Positions 61,263-64,000 of a stretch of DNA of 64,000 nucleotides are shown in pieces. The notes beneath the pieces are model-generated. The model saw only the letters and a program-made list of their open reading frames with translations, was not told the origin of the DNA and made no database searches. The DNA is from Chloroflexota bacterium. Its GTDB lineage: Bacteria; Chloroflexota; Limnocylindria; Limnocylindrales; CSP1-4. The number at the start of each line of letters is the position of its first letter. Within the stretch, counting starts at the first letter, position 1. The position numbers and the translations under genes were made by a program. The stretch spans positions 4,235 through 68,234 of the forward strand of contig JACPOS010000030.1 in assembly GCA_016191395.1 (NCBI GenBank), written 5' to 3'.

Positions 61263-61739
61263 GTGTATCTCAACGCCCTTGAGTTCCTCGAGGAAGAGCG
61301 CGAGGCATTCCGCCCGTTCGAGGCGCTGGGCGCGCTGTCCGACGAGCACCTCTCCCGCCCCATCTCCGAGGCCCACGACTGGTCCGGGCGCGACCTGATT
61401 GCCCACGTCGTCGCCTGGCTGGACGACGCCCTTGCCGCGGCACAGGAGCTCGCGGTCGGGGAGCGGGCCGAAGCGATCGAGCGCTCGCAGCGGGAGTTCG
61501 CCACGCGCGGCGACGAGATCAACGCCGAGATCCAGACGACCTGGCGCGGCCTGCCGATGGCCGAAGTCCGGCGACGCTTCCGGGAGACACCGGGCGAGCT
61601 CAGGGGCCACCTGACGGTCGTGCCCGAGTCACGCTGGGTCAAGCACGCCGATCATCTGCGGTTCTTCCACATCTACACGATCGAGCACTACGAGGAACAC
61701 CTCGCCGACCTCGAGGCGATCCTCGACGGGGCGTCGTGA
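61263..61739 (+). CDS. DinB_2/ClbS-like four-helix-bundle protein
   Basis: GTG start. 158 aa: SDEHLSRPISEAHDWSGRDLIAHVVAWLDDAL...HYEEHLADL (HxxxH-type helical-bundle pattern). Family assignment tentative. Confidence 0.5.
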   Translation: MYLNALEFLEEEREAFRPFEALGALSDEHLSRPISEAHDWSGRDLIAHVVAWLDDALAAAQELAVGERAEAIERSQREFATRGDEINAEIQTTWRGLPMAEVRRRFRETPGELRGHLTVVPESRWVKHADHLRFFHIYTIEHYEEHLADLEAILDGAS

Positions 61740-62077
61740 GCCGATCGACCCCGTCGCTCGGCGCGCTCGTCAAGGAGCTCGCCGCTCAGCTCCCCGAGGT
61801 CGTGGGCTCGGCGGGCCCCGGTGCCCCGGGCGCGGCCCGTCCCGCGGGCGCGACCACGCTGTCGTTCCGCGGGAAGCCCTTCGCCGTGCTCAGCCCAACG
61901 GGCATAGAGCTCAGGCTGGATCCTCCGATCGCCGCCGCGGCGACGCGCACCCCGGACACCGCGCCCTCACCGCGCGGGAAGGAATGGGTCCGCTTCAGCC
62001 CGCGCGAGCTGGACGGCCACGCGGTCGATCGCCTCGAGGCCTGGTTCGAGCTCGCCTATCGCCGCGCCGGCGCCTGA
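61736..62077 (+). CDS. hypothetical protein
   Basis: 113 aa. Start overlaps the upstream stop (GTGA/ATGA-type). Moderately protein-like composition. No family recognised. Confidence 0.4.
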   Translation: MSRSTPSLGALVKELAAQLPEVVGSAGPGAPGAARPAGATTLSFRGKPFAVLSPTGIELRLDPPIAAAATRTPDTAPSPRGKEWVRFSPRELDGHAVDRLEAWFELAYRRAGA

Positions 62078-62463
62078 CCTGAGGGCCGCGCACTGCGGCG
62101 TCGCGCGCCAACCATCCGCGACAGGCACCGAATGCTCGCGAGGTGGTCCAACTTGACGAGACCACGCGGCGACTCGCGCTTCCGGGACCGGATCCGTACG
62201 AATTGACCGCGTGAAGTGCAATCGCGACCAACTGTTGGTCCAAAGCGGTCAATCTCCTCGGTCCACCGGATCCGACCGCGCACTTCTGGTTCGGATTGCT
62301 CGTCGAGCGGTCATGACCGACGGGCGTTGGCATAAGACCGGCGATTTCGCGACCGACCGTGTCGAAGTTGCGCGCCCAGCGGTCATCCCGACGAGGAGGT
62401 CCCAGCCAGGGCACCGCGGGATCCCACGGCACCGCGGGATCCTTGAATCGAAGAGCCCGCCCC

Positions 62464-62489
62464 GGGCGGGACGGGCTCGACGACGTTGG
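62464..62489 (-). terminator. probable intrinsic terminator of trxA (GAGCCCG-CCCCGGGCGGGA-CGGGCTC hairpin)
   Basis: 7-bp outer stem with an inner CCCGCCC/GGGCGGG stem, 14 nt downstream of the trxA stop on the minus strand. Followed by a U-containing tract (UCUUCGAUUC). Confidence 0.45.
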
Positions 62490-62502
62490 AGGAGCGGAGG
62501 AG

Positions 62503-62889
62503 CTAGGCGGCGTCGCTCGCGCTGGTGGGCGCCGCGGCCGCGTCGGCGGCTGCTGGGGCGGCCACCTTGGGATAGCCGGCGAGGCCGAACTGGACCTCGA
62601 GCTGCTCGGCGGGCCGGAACCCGACGACGCCCATCGGCTGCTTGCCCGGGGCGAAGAAGGCGATGGTGGGGATGCTCATGATGTTGAACGCGCGGGACAG
62701 GCCCGGGTTCGCGTCGACGTCAACCTTGACGATGTCGATCGCGCCCTCGTACTTGGCGGCGAGCTTCTCCATCTCGGGCGCGACGAGCTTGCAGGGCCCG
62801 CACCAGGCGGCCCAGAAGTCGACGACCACGGGCTTGTCGTTCTGGAGAACCTCGGCCTCGAAGGTCGCGTCGGTCGCGGTCTTGATCAT
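62503..62889 (-). CDS. trxA: thioredoxin with Ala-rich C-terminal extension
   Basis: RBS GGAGAAAGG then ATG. Active site WAAWCGPCK. FNIMSIPT. 128 aa. Confidence 0.9.
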   Translation of the reverse strand: MIKTATDATFEAEVLQNDKPVVVDFWAAWCGPCKLVAPEMEKLAAKYEGAIDIVKVDVDANPGLSRAFNIMSIPTIAFFAPGKQPMGVVGFRPAEQLEVQFGLAGYPKVAAPAAADAAAAPTSASDAA

Positions 62890-62912
62890 CGAAATGGATC
62901 CTTTCTCCCGCC

Positions 62913-63227
62913 TCAGCGGGCGATGGACTGGAGCAGCTGGTAGGCCTCCAGGACACGCGGGTCCGTGAGGCGGTAGAACACGGTGCTGCCCTCGCGCCGC
63001 GTGGTCACCAGACCTGCGGAGCGGAGCACGGCCAGGTGCTGGCTCATGTTCGGGACCTGGCAGGCGACGCGACCGGCGAGGTCGCTGACCGAGAGCTCGC
63101 CCGCGGCGAGCGATTCGAGCACGCACAGCCGCTTGGGATCAGCGAGGGCGCGACCGACGACGGCCGTCCGTTCGTAATCCTTCTCGCGGCTGTCGACCGC
63201 GGGGGACGTGGTGAGCTCGATTGCCAT
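62913..63227 (-). CDS. ArsR/SmtB-family transcriptional regulator
   Basis: 104 aa. LADPKRLCVLESLAAGELSVSDLAGRVACQVPNMSQHLAVLRSAGLVTTRREGSTVFYRL is the canonical ArsR HTH. Confidence 0.8.
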   Translation of the reverse strand: MAIELTTSPAVDSREKDYERTAVVGRALADPKRLCVLESLAAGELSVSDLAGRVACQVPNMSQHLAVLRSAGLVTTRREGSTVFYRLTDPRVLEAYQLLQSIAR

Positions 63228-63331
63228 CGCGGTGAATCATGTCACAACTTGCGCAATCGCGCAAACTGCTGGCACGGGATGCGGCGGCGCGGCACGCCGG
63301 GCCGGGCCCCGCGCGCCCTATGCTCGGCCCG

Positions 63332-64000
63332 ATGAGCACCTTCCGGAACGTCCCCCTGTCGGAGATCGAGGCAGCCCGGGGCGTGATCAGCGGCGCCGTC
63401 CACCGGACGCCGATGCTGTCGAGCAGGACGGCCGCCGGGATCGTGGAGGCCGCAACGGGCTCGAAGCCCGCCGACGGCCGCGTGTTCCTCAAGGCGGAGC
63501 ACCTCCAGAAGACGGGCTCGTTCAAGCCTCGCGGCATGGTGGCGAAGGTCGCGTCGCTGACGGACGCGGAGCGGCGCGCAGGGATCATCACGATCTCCGC
63601 CGGCAACGCGGCGCAGGGCTACGCGTATGCGGGGGCGGCCGTCGGCGTGCCGGTGACCGTCGTGATGCCCGCGGCGGCCAACCCGCTCAAGGCTGCCGCG
63701 GCGGCGGGCTACGGTGCGGAGGTCGTGCTCGAGGGCGCGGATACCGGCGAGGCCTTCGCGGCCGTTGAGCGAATTCGCTCCGAGCGCGGACTCACCTTCT
63801 GCCACCCGTTCGACGACCCGCTCGTCATCGCCGGCCATGGCTCGGTCGGGATCGAGATCATCGAGGACCTGCCGGACGTGGACGTCGTGATCGTCCCCAT
63901 CGGAGGCGGCGGCCTCATCTCCGGCGTCGCCGGCGCGGTCCGGCAGTCGCGTCGCAGCGTTCGTGTCTACGGCGTCGAGCCGGCCGGCTCCAACGCGATG
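63332..64000 (+). CDS. threonine dehydratase / serine-threonine ammonia-lyase (PLP fold type II), 5' part; continues beyond the window
   Basis: ATG at 63332. PLP lysine motif KAEHLQKTGSFKPRG. SAGNAAQGYAYAG. Gly-rich loop PIGGGGLISGVA. Confidence 0.85.
   Translation, partial: MSTFRNVPLSEIEAARGVISGAVHRTPMLSSRTAAGIVEAATGSKPADGRVFLKAEHLQKTGSFKPRGMVAKVASLTDAERRAGIITISAGNAAQGYAYAGAAVGVPVTVVMPAAANPLKAAAAAGYGAEVVLEGADTGEAFAAVERIRSERGLTFCHPFDDPLVIAGHGSVGIEIIEDLPDVDVVIVPIGGGGLISGVAGAVRQSRRSVRVYGVEPAGSNAM

Noticed and set aside
62211-62681. 156-aa plus-strand ORF in the long convergent intergenic region
   Set aside because: Its downstream half runs antisense through trxA and is Arg-rich. Only the first ~40 codons are non-artefact-like, with no RBS. 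The region is treated as non-coding/regulatory instead.

Overview
This is a very high-GC (~70%+) bacterial chromosome window, probably from an actinobacterial or similar lineage. I read about 60 protein genes, two tRNAs (tRNA-Glu-CTC at ~8.55 kb, tRNA-Arg-TCT at ~45.65 kb) and several repeat-rich intergenic regions.

Most of the window is ordinary metabolism and housekeeping:
- acyl-CoA dehydrogenases, acetoacetyl-CoA synthetase and a methylmalonyl-CoA-mutase-like catalytic subunit
- a DUF1611 protein plus dipeptide epimerase, an LLM/F420-type oxidoreductase and a GMC oxidoreductase
- thioredoxin, threonine dehydratase, an ECF sigma factor and a PspA–TPM membrane-stress module
- a CASTOR/POLLUX-type ion channel, a Na+/H+ antiporter and an EamA transporter

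The main finding is at ~27.7–43.0 kb: a complete extracellular contractile injection system (eCIS, phage-tail-like particle) locus. On the minus strand it runs sheath, tube, two small chaperone-like ORFs in a -1 overlap, a tape-measure-like protein, a second tube/tube-initiator, a LysM protein, a VgrG-like spike, gp25, baseplate J and a P2 gpI-like protein. A divergent plus-strand arm carries the DUF4255 cap, an AAA+ ATPase, a DUF4157 'eCIS core domain' protein and an orphan downstream ORF, followed by a LuxR regulator. No capsid, portal, terminase or integrase is present.

Several features of this locus look undescribed:
- A 682-aa protein sits where the tail fibre would be. It has an N-terminal zinc ribbon, ~530 aa of Ala/Glu/Lys/Arg helical repeat, and two C-terminal zinc ribbons.
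- The same zinc-ribbon module recurs on a neighbouring zinc-ribbon/TM/TolB-like propeller protein. The two genes bracket a ~1000-aa STAND-ATPase/SARP regulator.
- The tape-measure-like protein carries ~9 'P-[IV]-Q-R' repeats; one clear copy (IQRPAV) and a weaker one (LQRTAG) lie near the N-terminus of the DUF4157 protein, and a further VQRE copy at its C-terminus.
- A G5 run lies at the -1 overlap of the two chaperone-like ORFs, consistent with a lambda G/GT-like frameshift.

Other observations:
- a cluster of TATACC-N5-GGTATA inverted repeats after tRNA-Glu
- a TPM-domain gene whose signal peptide lies in-frame upstream of any canonical start codon
- an ECF sigma factor translationally coupled to an MGMT–Ada-zinc-domain fusion
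- an orphan beta-class DNA methyltransferase
- two intergenic regions with perfect palindromes and direct repeats

All coordinates were derived by hand from the ORF track and the sequence. Starts may be off by a few codons. Family assignments are from motif recognition, not database searches.
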